Source of the DNA: a phage
Assembly: GCA_027337125.1 (NCBI GenBank)
Contig: GCA_027337125.1_3057.1
Reading direction: 5' to 3' (one strand)
DNA: 64,000 nt
In this document: piece after piece, positions 10,205-18,775 of the stretch
Layout: each line of letters begins with the position of its first letter
How positions within the stretch are numbered: the first letter of the stretch is position 1
Notes under the pieces: model-generated
The model's input: only the letters and a program-made list of their open reading frames with translations
Told to the model about the DNA's origin: nothing
Database searches by the model: none
Made by a program: the position numbers and the translations under genes

Positions 10205-10482
10205 TGGCTCAATTAAGCGCAGGGTTTGGTTATGAGTATTATACTGCCCCTCGTCGTGTATCTGTTGCTCCTAAGAAAATTCAAAGTCTTGATGACTTCC
10301 AGGAAGTAGTTCGTAAAGCTTTCCATGACTATGCGAGTTATCTTAAAGAAGATTCACAGGACTGTCTCGAAGAAGATGAAATTGCTTACTATGAGCAGCG
10401 TCTTGAACAGCTTAAAAACCTACATGAGGTTCGTGCAGAAGTTTCAAAGTCTATGAATAAATTGATTAGATTTAAAGAATAA
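10204..10482 (+). CDS. hypothetical protein
   Basis: ATG (MAQLSAG) overlapping previous stop preferred over ORF-track GTG. Confidence 0.5.
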   Translation: MAQLSAGFGYEYYTAPRRVSVAPKKIQSLDDFQEVVRKAFHDYASYLKEDSQDCLEEDEIAYYEQRLEQLKNLHEVRAEVSKSMNKLIRFKE

Positions 10483-10484
10483 CT

Positions 10485-10533
10485 GTTTACTTTTCCTCTT
10501 GACTGTGGTATAATTTTTCTATCAGTTAAGAGG
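10485..10533 (+). promoter_or_regulatory. early promoter embedded in inverted repeat whose 3' arm covers the regB Shine-Dalgarno
   Basis: GTTTAC-17 bp-TATAAT; arms CCTCTTGACTG / CAGTTAAGAGG (10 pairs plus one G-T). Confidence 0.6.
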
Positions 10534-10541
10534 AGAATAAC

Positions 10542-11003
10542 ATGACTATCAACACAGAAGTTTTTATCCGTCGAAATAAGCTCCGTCGTCACTTTGAGTC
10601 GGAGTTTCGTCAAATTAACAATGAGATTCGTGAGGCATCAAAAGCAGCAGGGGTCTCATCGTTTCATCTAAAATATTCTCAACATCTTCTTGATCGTGCA
10701 ATTCAACGGGAGATTGATGAGACATATGTTTTTGAATTATTCCATAAAATAAAAGACCATGTTTTAGAAGTTAATGAATTCCTAAGTATGCCTCCGCGTC
10801 CTGACATTAATGAGGATTTTATTGATGGGGTTGAATATCGTCCTGGGCGTTTAGAAATCACCGATGGAAATCTTTGGCTTGGATTTACAGTTTGTAAACC
10901 TAACGAGAAGTTCAAAGACCCGTCACTTCAGTGCAGGATGGCAATTATCAACAGTCGTCGTTTACCGGGAAAGGCTTCTAAAGCAGTAATTAAAACTCAA
11001 TGA
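10542..11003 (+). CDS. regB: RegB sequence-specific endoribonuclease
   Basis: 153 aa, matches recalled T4 RegB (MTINTEVFIRRNKLRRHFESEFRQ...). Confidence 0.85.
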   Translation: MTINTEVFIRRNKLRRHFESEFRQINNEIREASKAAGVSSFHLKYSQHLLDRAIQREIDETYVFELFHKIKDHVLEVNEFLSMPPRPDINEDFIDGVEYRPGRLEITDGNLWLGFTVCKPNEKFKDPSLQCRMAIINSRRLPGKASKAVIKTQ

Positions 11004-11010
11004 GGTAAGC

Positions 11011-11556
11011 ATGAGAAAAGCACTACTCGCTGGTCTATTGGCCATTTCAATGATGGCACATAGCTCCGAGCATACTTTCAGTAATGTCCAACTCGATAAC
11101 ATGCGTTACGCGTATCAATTCGGGGAACAATTTTCTAAGGATGGAAAATATAAAACACACAAAAATATCCACAAGAGCGGATTAGGTCATATAATGGCTG
11201 CTATTTTATGGCAAGAAAGCTCTGCCGGAGTTAATTTAAAATCTAAACCAAAGCATCACGCTTATGGAATGTTCCAAAATTATTTGCCTACTATGCGAGC
11301 AAGAGTTAAGGAACTTGGTTATAATATGACCGATGCTGAAATAAAAAGAATGTTGAATAAACGATCCAATTCAGCTTCATGGGCGTACATTGAACTTTCT
11401 TATTGGTTAAATATACATAAGGGTGATATAAGAAAAGCAATATCCTCTTATAATTCGGGATGGAATGTTAAAGCAGGTTCTAAATATGCTTCTGAAGTCC
11501 TAGAAAAGGCTAATTACCTTAAAAATAATAAACTTTTGGAAATAGTAAATGACTAA
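11011..11556 (+). CDS. secreted lytic transglycosylase-like protein (vs.1 position)
   Basis: Signal peptide; SLT-like E-S-S...G-M-F-Q motif. Confidence 0.6.
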   Translation: MRKALLAGLLAISMMAHSSEHTFSNVQLDNMRYAYQFGEQFSKDGKYKTHKNIHKSGLGHIMAAILWQESSAGVNLKSKPKHHAYGMFQNYLPTMRARVKELGYNMTDAEIKRMLNKRSNSASWAYIELSYWLNIHKGDIRKAISSYNSGWNVKAGSKYASEVLEKANYLKNNKLLEIVND

Positions 11557-11896
11557 AATTTTGGTTTTATGTATAGGATTAATTTCATTTTCTGCTTATG
11601 CGTCAGCAGATACATCATATACTGAAATTAGAGAGTATGTAAACCGTACTGCCGCGGATTATTGCGGGAAAAATAAAGCATGCCAAGCTGAATTTGCGCA
11701 GAAATTAATATATGCATATAAAGACGGAGAAAGAGATAAATCAAGCAGATACAAAAATGATACTTTATTAAAACGATATGCTAAAAAGTGGAATACCTTA
11801 GAATGTTCAGTTGCGGAGGAGAAAGATAAAGCCGCTTGTCATTCAATGGTTGACCGTTTGGTAGATTCTTATAATCGAGGATTGAGTACTAGATGA
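11549..11896 (+). CDS. small secreted protein at the vs position
   Basis: 115 aa with N-terminal signal-like hydrophobic segment; identity with T4 Vs not established. Confidence 0.45.
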   Translation: MTKILVLCIGLISFSAYASADTSYTEIREYVNRTAADYCGKNKACQAEFAQKLIYAYKDGERDKSSRYKNDTLLKRYAKKWNTLECSVAEEKDKAACHSMVDRLVDSYNRGLSTR

Positions 11897-12372
11897 TTGT
11901 AAAATATATCAAGGGCGATATTGTCGCCCTATTTCTTCAAGGTAATATTATTGCGCATGGGTGCAACTGCTTTCATACTATGGGTTCAGGTGTAGCAGGT
12001 CAATTAGCAAGGGCCTATCCTAAAATTTTAGAAATAGATAAAACCACAACTGAATATGGTTCGCGTGAAAAACTTGGTGATATGTCTATTGTTTTTAAAC
12101 ATAATCCTACAGGATTTGGTATATGCTATAACCTGTATACACAATACGAACCAGGTCCTAATCTTGATTATGGTGCTTTAGTAAACTGCATGATAGAATT
12201 AAATCTACAGGCAGAAACCCTTTTGTTTAAACCAGTAATTTACATTCCACGCATAGGTTGTGGTATTGCTGGCGGTGATTGGGATAAGGTTTCTAAATTA
12301 ATCGACATGTTTACTCCTGATATTGATTTAATAGTGGTGGATTATGAAAGCACATTACCCGCATCCGTTTGA
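11893..12372 (+). CDS. macro-domain protein (ADP-ribose binding/processing)
   Basis: Macro-domain glycine motifs HGCNCFHTMGSGVAGQL and GCGIAGG. Confidence 0.65.
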   Translation: MIVKYIKGDIVALFLQGNIIAHGCNCFHTMGSGVAGQLARAYPKILEIDKTTTEYGSREKLGDMSIVFKHNPTGFGICYNLYTQYEPGPNLDYGALVNCMIELNLQAETLLFKPVIYIPRIGCGIAGGDWDKVSKLIDMFTPDIDLIVVDYESTLPASV

Positions 12373-12556
12373 TCCTAAAAACAAAGCAGAAATTATTCGT
12401 CAATGGGAACGCATTTGCCGTACTAAATGCCCAATTAATAGTCCACATGATGTAGATAAAGACTATATTGGAACATTCGTTGAATATACCTTTATTGATA
12501 AGAAAGGTCGTAAACAGCATGTAGAAGAATATTGCTTAAAGGTTACATGGTTATGA
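12344..12556 (+). CDS. hypothetical protein
   Basis: 70-aa ORF with GGTGG SD, overlaps macro gene end. Confidence 0.45.
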   Translation: MKAHYPHPFDPKNKAEIIRQWERICRTKCPINSPHDVDKDYIGTFVEYTFIDKKGRKQHVEEYCLKVTWL

Positions 12557-12738
12557 GTTTAAGTAAAGAACAGAAAGATAAATTGTTTGAGCTTATCCAT
12601 GAACTTCTAGATGAGCATACAGAAGCAAACACCTTTTATGATGAATACGGCCCGCTATCTCCCGAACAGCAGGAAGAATTTGCTGAACGGTTTGATAAGA
12701 AAGAAAATGAATTAATAGCTTATGTGAATACACTTTAA
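12547..12738 (+). CDS. hypothetical acidic protein
   Basis: ATG (MVMSLSK) after AAAGG; ORF-track start is TTG. Confidence 0.45.
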   Translation: MVMSLSKEQKDKLFELIHELLDEHTEANTFYDEYGPLSPEQQEEFAERFDKKENELIAYVNTL

Positions 12739-12747
12739 GAAGGTGAT

Positions 12748-13329
12748 ATGGCGAGTTTAATTTTTACTTATGCAGCAATGAATGCTGGAAAATCTGCTTC
12801 TCTTTTGACTGCTGCGCATAATTATAAAGAACGTGGAATGAGTGTATTAGTTCTTAAGCCTGCTATTGATATTCGCGATTCTGTCTGTGAAGTTGTTTCT
12901 CGCATTGGAATTAAACAGGAAGCGAATATTATTACAGATGATATGGATATTTTCGAGTTCTATAAATGGGCTGAAGCACAAAAAGATATTCATTGCGTAT
13001 TTGTAGATGAAGCTCAGTTTTTAAAAACTGAACAAGTACACCAATTAAGCCGGATTGTTGATACATATAATGTTCCTGTTATGGCTTATGGATTAAGAAC
13101 TGATTTCGCTGGAAAATTATTTGAAGGTTCTAAAGAACTTTTGGCGATTGCTGATAAACTTATTGAGCTTAAAGCGGTTTGTCACTGTGGTAAAAAAGCT
13201 ATTATGACCGCTCGATTAATGGAAGATGGAACCCCAGTTAAAGAAGGCGATCAAATTTGTATTGGTGATGAAATTTACGTATCTTTATGTAGAAAACATT
13301 GGAACGAATTAACTAAAAAGCTAGATTAG
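12748..13329 (+). CDS. tk: thymidine kinase
   Basis: 193 aa, P-loop AMNAGKS, zinc-ribbon CHCG...C; matches recalled T4 Tk. Confidence 0.9.
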   Translation: MASLIFTYAAMNAGKSASLLTAAHNYKERGMSVLVLKPAIDIRDSVCEVVSRIGIKQEANIITDDMDIFEFYKWAEAQKDIHCVFVDEAQFLKTEQVHQLSRIVDTYNVPVMAYGLRTDFAGKLFEGSKELLAIADKLIELKAVCHCGKKAIMTARLMEDGTPVKEGDQICIGDEIYVSLCRKHWNELTKKLD

Positions 13330-13371
13330 CGCAAAAGTTATAAATAGGTTTATCTAACTAAAGGGGTATAT

Positions 13372-13584
13372 ATGCTACAATTAACTGAAAAGCAACTTCG
13401 CAATCTTACTGTGCTTCAATTAGATGAAATTCGTAGAGAAGTTGGAAATGTTATTTCAGCTTTGCGTCGAGAAGTATCAATCAACCAATCTCCGGCAGAC
13501 TATACCAGATTGCGAAATTTTGAAAAATACCTTGATAAAGTTAAGGCCGTACATCGGCATAAAGTAAATACAGGACAAAAATGA
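13372..13584 (+). CDS. hypothetical protein
   Basis: 70-aa ORF with AAAGGGG SD; TATAAATA-like box upstream. Confidence 0.5.
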   Translation: MLQLTEKQLRNLTVLQLDEIRREVGNVISALRREVSINQSPADYTRLRNFEKYLDKVKAVHRHKVNTGQK

Positions 13585-13596
13585 TAGGAGGCCTTT

Positions 13597-13890
13597 ATGG
13601 CCTTAAAAGCAACGGCACTATTTGCCATGCTAGGATTGTCATTTGTTTTATCTCCATCTATTGAAGCGAATGTCAATCCTCATTTTGATAAATTTATGGA
13701 ATCTGGTATTAGGCATGTTTATACACTTTTTGAAAACAAAAGCGTAGAATCGTCTGAACAATTCTATAGTTTTATGAGAACGACCTATAAAAATGACCCG
13801 TGCTCTTCTGATTTTGAATGTATAGAACGAGGCGCGGAGATGGCACAATCATACGCTAGAATTATGAACATTAAATTGGAGACTGAATGA
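13597..13890 (+). CDS. secreted protein
   Basis: Signal peptide MALKATALFAMLGLSFVLSPSIEA; GGAGG SD. Confidence 0.5.
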   Translation: MALKATALFAMLGLSFVLSPSIEANVNPHFDKFMESGIRHVYTLFENKSVESSEQFYSFMRTTYKNDPCSSDFECIERGAEMAQSYARIMNIKLETE

Positions 13891-14273
13891 AATTCAGCGA
13901 CTTTTCACAAAGTGGAAAACCTTCGAAGGCAGATGAATACTTAGGTTTATTAATGGCTGCACAAGCTTATTTTCATTCTGCACATTTTGAAACTAAAAGT
14001 TATGCTAGACACAAAGCATACGATTTTATTTTTTCCGAGTTACCAGATTTGATTGACAAATTTGGTGAGCAGTATTTGGGGTATTCTGGTAGAAAATACA
14101 CTCCTTCAATTCCAGATGCTAGTAAACTTCCTACCGATACAATTAAAATGATTGATCACATACTAGACCAATCTAACAGCATTTATAAAGAAATGCCTCC
14201 AGCCATTCAAAGCACGATAGATGATATTACTGGAATGTTTTATCAAAGTAAATATCTTCTTTCCCTCGAATAA
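13887..14273 (+). CDS. hypothetical protein
   Basis: 128-aa ORF, ATGA overlap. Confidence 0.5.
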   Translation: MKFSDFSQSGKPSKADEYLGLLMAAQAYFHSAHFETKSYARHKAYDFIFSELPDLIDKFGEQYLGYSGRKYTPSIPDASKLPTDTIKMIDHILDQSNSIYKEMPPAIQSTIDDITGMFYQSKYLLSLE

Positions 14274-14276
14274 CAT

Positions 14277-14300
14277 TAGTCTCCTTCGGGAGACTTTTTT
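14277..14300 (+). terminator. rho-independent terminator
   Basis: AGTCTCC-TTCG-GGAGACT hairpin plus TTTTTT, immediately followed by an early promoter. Confidence 0.65.
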
Positions 14301-14310
14301 CATTTTACCA

Positions 14311-14340
14311 GTTTACTTTTCGTTTGAGCCGTGGTACTAT
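14311..14340 (+). promoter_or_regulatory. early promoter (GTTTAC / TACTAT) with conserved leader
   Basis: GTTTAC, 17-bp spacer, TGGTACTATACAACTATCAA block shared with four other promoters. Confidence 0.6.
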
Positions 14341-14368
14341 ACAACTATCAAATAAAGAGGAGAACATC

Positions 14369-14557
14369 ATGAAAATTGAAGCACTCAATCAAGAAGGAAA
14401 TATCTATGTCATCATTAATGGTGATTTTTTCGTCGACATGGATGAAGTCACTAGTGAAGAACTTGTAGAATTTCTTAAGAAACGCTATAATATGTGTGAT
14501 GAAGCTGCAACTCACATGGCGTGTGCAATATTCTCTCTTTCATATGTGGTGGAATAA
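14369..14557 (+). CDS. hypothetical protein
   Basis: ATG after AAAGAGGAG SD; ORF-track start lies in promoter. Confidence 0.5.
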   Translation: MKIEALNQEGNIYVIINGDFFVDMDEVTSEELVEFLKKRYNMCDEAATHMACAIFSLSYVVE

Positions 14558-14760
14558 TGATTAGTATCGAACAAGCGGATAAGATTAAAGAATTGGTGGC
14601 TTTAATTCGTAAAGCAGATGAGGAACTTAGTGACTTTGGTTGGTTTTCGTCAGGCATTGCAAATAAAGGTATTGATGAATTTGAAGCTAAAGTTGATAAT
14701 GCTATGGAAGCTTTAGATAGGTTTCTTGATGAAATTATCGATCACAATACGAGAGTTTAA
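14557..14760 (+). CDS. hypothetical protein
   Basis: ATG (MISIEQ) overlapping previous stop, GGTGGAA SD. Confidence 0.5.
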   Translation: MISIEQADKIKELVALIRKADEELSDFGWFSSGIANKGIDEFEAKVDNAMEALDRFLDEIIDHNTRV

Positions 14761-14762
14761 GT

Positions 14763-14957
14763 ATGCTGACACACGAACAGTTTGAAAAAATCATTAAATT
14801 AGCACGTGATGTTGAAATAGATTCATATCAATTAGCAGTTGAGCATTGCGAAGGATATTCATACGAAGGTATAGCAGCAGCTAAAAAGGATTTGGATAAA
14901 TCTAAAGCTAAGTTAGTTCAATATCTTGAAATGATTAGGTGGAATAATGAAAACTGA
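14763..14957 (+). CDS. hypothetical protein
   Basis: 64-aa ORF. Confidence 0.5.
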   Translation: MLTHEQFEKIIKLARDVEIDSYQLAVEHCEGYSYEGIAAAKKDLDKSKAKLVQYLEMIRWNNEN

Positions 14958-15120
14958 AAAGCAGATGTTTTTAATGAAGCTAATTGAAGAATATGCTAAT
15001 GCAGTTTCTGACTATGAGTATTCTTCTCGTGAAAGAGGTACAGCTTTCGCCAAAGAAGAAATGAAAATCATGGTTGATGCTCATACAAAGCTTCAAAATT
15101 TTATTGAAAACAACATTTAA
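14947..15120 (+). CDS. hypothetical small protein (57 aa)
   Basis: ATG overlapping previous gene end, coding-like composition; below ORF-track cut-off. Confidence 0.4.
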   Translation: MKTEKQMFLMKLIEEYANAVSDYEYSSRERGTAFAKEEMKIMVDAHTKLQNFIENNI

Positions 15121-15122
15121 CG

Positions 15123-15152
15123 GTTTACAAGTTGGCAAGGTTATGGTATAGT
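15123..15152 (+). promoter_or_regulatory. early promoter
   Basis: GTTTAC-17 bp-TATAGT. Confidence 0.5.
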
Positions 15153-15180
15153 AATCTTGTCAACTGCCAAGGAGAAGAGA

Positions 15181-15285
15181 ATGAAAGTTTTGTTTGTTGT
15201 GTATGTGATGATTCAATATAATTACCCAATGTTTACTTATAATCTAGTGAACAACATTATTGATATTATTCAAAGGAGTATGTAA
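15181..15285 (+). CDS. possible small hydrophobic peptide (34 aa)
   Basis: ATG 8 nt after CCAAGGAGAAGAGA; very short. Confidence 0.25.
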   Translation: MKVLFVVYVMIQYNYPMFTYNLVNNIIDIIQRSM

Positions 15286-15287
15286 CT

Positions 15288-15611
15288 GTGAGTGAGTCGA
15301 AGAGAATCAATATGAAACGATTAGTACTAGAAGTTAGTTCACTTTTTGGTGAATTGGCTATAGAAAAAGTAAATAACATGTATCGTTTGACGCAAGAAGA
15401 CGATATGCTATATTTTACGCCTAGCGAAATTATTCATTTAACCCAAATTGAAAAACCTTACACTGATAAAATTGTAAGCATTAATGATGAGCATAAAATT
15501 CATTTTTATTCTTTATGCCCAGGATTTAATATTGAAAGCGAGTCAATATGCTTATCAATTAATAATTGGGATAATTTTATAGCTAAGATTAAATATTTTC
15601 TATTATTCTAA
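15288..15611 (+). CDS. hypothetical protein, possibly N-terminal part of a frameshifted gene
   Basis: GTG start after AAAGGAG; 107 aa; a start-less open frame in +1 continues downstream. Confidence 0.35.
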   Translation: MSESKRINMKRLVLEVSSLFGELAIEKVNNMYRLTQEDDMLYFTPSEIIHLTQIEKPYTDKIVSINDEHKIHFYSLCPGFNIESESICLSINNWDNFIAKIKYFLLF

Positions 15612-15843
15612 TGAAAGAAAACATGGTTTAAAATGGTTTAAAAATTGCAATGCTATTATTACTAACGCTTGTAATCAAAATTATGAAACTGTTTTAAATG
15701 TATCAAAATGCTATGAAGAGGGAGATGTCTTAACTATTCGTCAATCGGTAAATGATGTTAATGCTGTTGTATTAAACAAAGAAGAAGCTGTTTTATTAAA
15801 GACTTATCTTGATTCTGTCATTCCAACTATGATTTCAAAGTGA
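15583..15843 (+). pseudogene. start-less +1-frame ORF (86 codons), putative C-terminal part of disrupted or frameshifted gene
   Basis: Protein-like translation with no ATG/GTG/TTG start; overlaps end of upstream ORF; adjacent 10-bp tandem duplication ATGGTTTAAA. Confidence 0.3.
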
Positions 15844-15917
15844 GGAAATATGTTTATTTCAAGTGGAACAGACCTGTGTTATAAATGCAAAGCAAAATTA
15901 AATGAGACGAAGAACCA

Positions 15918-16697
15918 ATGAATTATACTAAAGTATATAATAATTTAATTAAGAAAGGAAAACTCAGAAAATTAGATAAATCTAAATTAAATTTTTATAC
16001 GGAAAAGCATCATATTATTCCATCTTGTATTGGTGGTAATGATGATTCTGATAATCTAGTTTTATTAACAGCTAGAGAGCATTTTATAGCCCATTGGCTT
16101 TTAGCTAAAATTCATTATAATTCGCCTGGATTAATTTATGCATGGTGGTCATTTTATAATTTTGGAGAAGATTCTTTAGGAAGAAATCTCAAATTAACTT
16201 CAAGAGGATATCAGTTAGTTAGAGAAAAATTTTCAAAAATACATTCTAATACAATGAAAGAAATGTGGAAGTCTAATGAATACAGAGAAAAACGTTCGAT
16301 AACATTAAGTCTTCCTGAAATAAGGGCTAAAATTTCAGAATCCCAGTTAGAAGCACAAAACAAACCGGAAGTTAAAGAAAAAATATCTAAAGGGGTGAAA
16401 GCTGCTTTTAAACGACCGGGAGTTAAAGAAAAACACTCTGCTGCAGTCAAAAAATCTTTGAATAATTTTGAAACTAAAAAGAAACAATCAAATTCATCTA
16501 AAATTAGACAAAGAACTGGTAAACATTGGCAAGACTATGACTTACTTTATAAGTTATGGATTAAATTAAATAGACCTAAACGCGGGTCATTCGGAACTTA
16601 TATAAGTAAATTAGGATATCCAAAATCTAATTATCATCGATTGATTGTACAATTTAATGAAGATTATGAAAGGTCTAATAATGAAAACTGTAGTTAA
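15918..16697 (+). CDS. HNH homing endonuclease (MobD-like)
   Basis: HNH motif EKHHIIPSCIGGNDDSDNLVLLTAREHFIAH plus repeated NUMOD-like PEVKEK/PGVKEK motifs. Confidence 0.75.
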   Translation: MNYTKVYNNLIKKGKLRKLDKSKLNFYTEKHHIIPSCIGGNDDSDNLVLLTAREHFIAHWLLAKIHYNSPGLIYAWWSFYNFGEDSLGRNLKLTSRGYQLVREKFSKIHSNTMKEMWKSNEYREKRSITLSLPEIRAKISESQLEAQNKPEVKEKISKGVKAAFKRPGVKEKHSAAVKKSLNNFETKKKQSNSSKIRQRTGKHWQDYDLLYKLWIKLNRPKRGSFGTYISKLGYPKSNYHRLIVQFNEDYERSNNENCS

Positions 16698-17691
16698 GTC
16701 TTATTTTGGTAGTCATCTTTATGGAACTTCTACCCCAGAATCTGATGTAGATTTTAAAGAAATCTTTGTTCCTCCTGCTCGTGATATTCTTATCGGAAAT
16801 GTTAAAGAGCATATGAGTAAAAATACCAACAACACATCATCTAAAAACACTAAAGATGATATTGACCATGAACTATACAGTCTTAAATATTTCTTTAAAT
16901 TAGCAGCAGATGCTGAAACTGTAGCATTGGATATGCTCCATACTCCACCTGAGTTAGTGGTTAAATCTGATTTGCCTGATGTATGGAAGTTTATTCAAGA
17001 CAATCGTTCTCGTTTTTATACGACTAACATGAAATCCTATTTAGGATATGTTCGCAAGCAAGCTTCTAAATACGGCGTCAAGGGTTCTCGTTTGGCCGCA
17101 TTACGTGATGTATTGAAAGTAGTTAATCAAATCCCTGATCAGTGGGTTGATTATCAAGAAGACGGTTCTATTAAGCAGCGTCGTACTAAAGTTGAAGATA
17201 TTAAGCATCGTCTTCCAGAGAACGAATTCTGTGAATGGGTGTTCCATAATCATGAGAAAACAGGCCCACAAACGTTCTATACAGTGTTGGGTCGTAAATA
17301 TCAGACAACGCTTTCTCTTATTGAGCTTAAGCAGTCACTGAACAAATTAGATGCTGAATACGGCGAACGCGCTCGTAAGGCTGAAGCGAATGAAGGTATT
17401 GACTGGAAAGCTCTGAGTCATGCTTGTCGTGGTGGACTTCAATTATTGGAAATTTACAAAACTGGTGACTTAGTTTATCCACTTCAAGACGCTCCATTTA
17501 TTCTCGACGTGAAGCTGGGTAAACACCCATTTAAAACTGTTCAAGAGTTTTTGGAAGATGTGGTCGATCAAGTAGAAGCAGCATCCATTGAAGCTTCTAA
17601 GAATGGTATGCAGCAAAAAGTAGACATGAGTTTCTGGGATGACTTCCTTGAAAGGGTGTATCTCGAAAACCACCGAAGTTATTATAAATGA
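16681..17691 (+). CDS. Pol-beta-superfamily nucleotidyltransferase-like protein
   Basis: hG[GS]x9-13[DE]h[DE]h motif: YFGSHLYGTSTPESDVDF, then DHE; ATG start with AAAGG SD. Confidence 0.55.
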   Translation: MKTVVKSYFGSHLYGTSTPESDVDFKEIFVPPARDILIGNVKEHMSKNTNNTSSKNTKDDIDHELYSLKYFFKLAADAETVALDMLHTPPELVVKSDLPDVWKFIQDNRSRFYTTNMKSYLGYVRKQASKYGVKGSRLAALRDVLKVVNQIPDQWVDYQEDGSIKQRRTKVEDIKHRLPENEFCEWVFHNHEKTGPQTFYTVLGRKYQTTLSLIELKQSLNKLDAEYGERARKAEANEGIDWKALSHACRGGLQLLEIYKTGDLVYPLQDAPFILDVKLGKHPFKTVQEFLEDVVDQVEAASIEASKNGMQQKVDMSFWDDFLERVYLENHRSYYK

Positions 17692-17692
17692 T

Positions 17693-17718
17693 AGGGAGCC
17701 TTCGGGCTCCCTTTTTTT
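17693..17718 (+). terminator. rho-independent terminator
   Basis: AGGGAGCC-TTCG-GGCTCCCT hairpin plus TTTTTTT. Confidence 0.65.
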
Positions 17719-17742
17719 ATTTCAAAATTTTTTCATAAAACA

Positions 17743-17772
17743 GTTTACAAACATAAAGCTTTATGGTACTAT
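17743..17772 (+). promoter_or_regulatory. early promoter with conserved leader
   Basis: GTTTAC-17 bp-TACTAT followed by ACAACTATCAACTGATACGGATTTGGAGAA leader. Confidence 0.6.
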
Positions 17773-17806
17773 ACAACTATCAACTGATACGGATTTGGAG
17801 AACAAA

Positions 17807-18775
17807 ATGAAAACTGTAACTATCAATAAGGGTATCTACTTCGGTAAAGAAATCTCTGGAACTTTTGAGCTCTTAGGCGAATGGTTCCCAGATAATGCTC
17901 CGGTAGATGCACAAGGAGATGGTAAAGTTTTTGTTGAAATTGACGGTAAACGTCGCGGTGTTTGGGTTTACAAATCAGACATTTCATATGATGGTGTAAA
18001 AGTTGAAGAAGTTAAAGAATCATATGAAGATATGAAAACCCGCATTAATAAAAGATTTAATGTTATGGGAATGATGACGAATGGTATTATTAACGGAAAT
18101 ATTCGTTCATTAATTATCTCTGGTGCGGCGGGTATTGGTAAAACGTATTCTTTAGATAAAGCTTTAAATAAAGCAAATGATATTGGATACATTGAGTATA
18201 AAAGCATTAACGGTAAAATCTCTGGTATCGGTCTTTATGAACAGCTTTGGAATAATCGTGAAGAGAATTCTGTCCTTTTGATTGATGATGTGGATGTTTT
18301 CTCTGATATGGACATTCTTAATCTTCTAAAAGCTGCTCTGGACACTGGAGAGACCCGTAAAGTCTGCTGGAGCACTGCATCTTCTTACTTAGAAGAAAAA
18401 GGCATTGAGCGTGAGTTTGAATTTAAAGGAACGATTGTTTTTATCACAAACGTTGATATTGACCACGAATTAGACCGTGGTACTAAACTTGCTCCACATT
18501 TACAAGCATTAGTGTCCCGCTCAGTTTATTTAGATTTGGGTGTTCACACTAATGAAGAAATTATGGTCAGGGTTGAAGATGTTATTCTTTCAACTGACAT
18601 GATGCAAAAGCGCGGTCTTTCTGATGAAGAAACTTATAAAGCATTATCATGGATGAAAGTCAATGTTAATCGTTTACGCAATGTTTCACTGCGTACTGCA
18701 CTTTATCTTGCTGACTTTATTATGACCGACAAAAACGGTTGGGAAGAAATCGCTGAAACGGTATTGTTAAAATGA
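17807..18775 (+). CDS. AAA+ family ATPase
   Basis: Walker A SGAAGIGKTYS, Walker B LLIDDVD, sensor-like ITN; ATG after GGAGAA; ORF-track upstream extension runs through terminator and promoter. Confidence 0.6.
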   Translation: MKTVTINKGIYFGKEISGTFELLGEWFPDNAPVDAQGDGKVFVEIDGKRRGVWVYKSDISYDGVKVEEVKESYEDMKTRINKRFNVMGMMTNGIINGNIRSLIISGAAGIGKTYSLDKALNKANDIGYIEYKSINGKISGIGLYEQLWNNREENSVLLIDDVDVFSDMDILNLLKAALDTGETRKVCWSTASSYLEEKGIEREFEFKGTIVFITNVDIDHELDRGTKLAPHLQALVSRSVYLDLGVHTNEEIMVRVEDVILSTDMMQKRGLSDEETYKALSWMKVNVNRLRNVSLRTALYLADFIMTDKNGWEEIAETVLLK

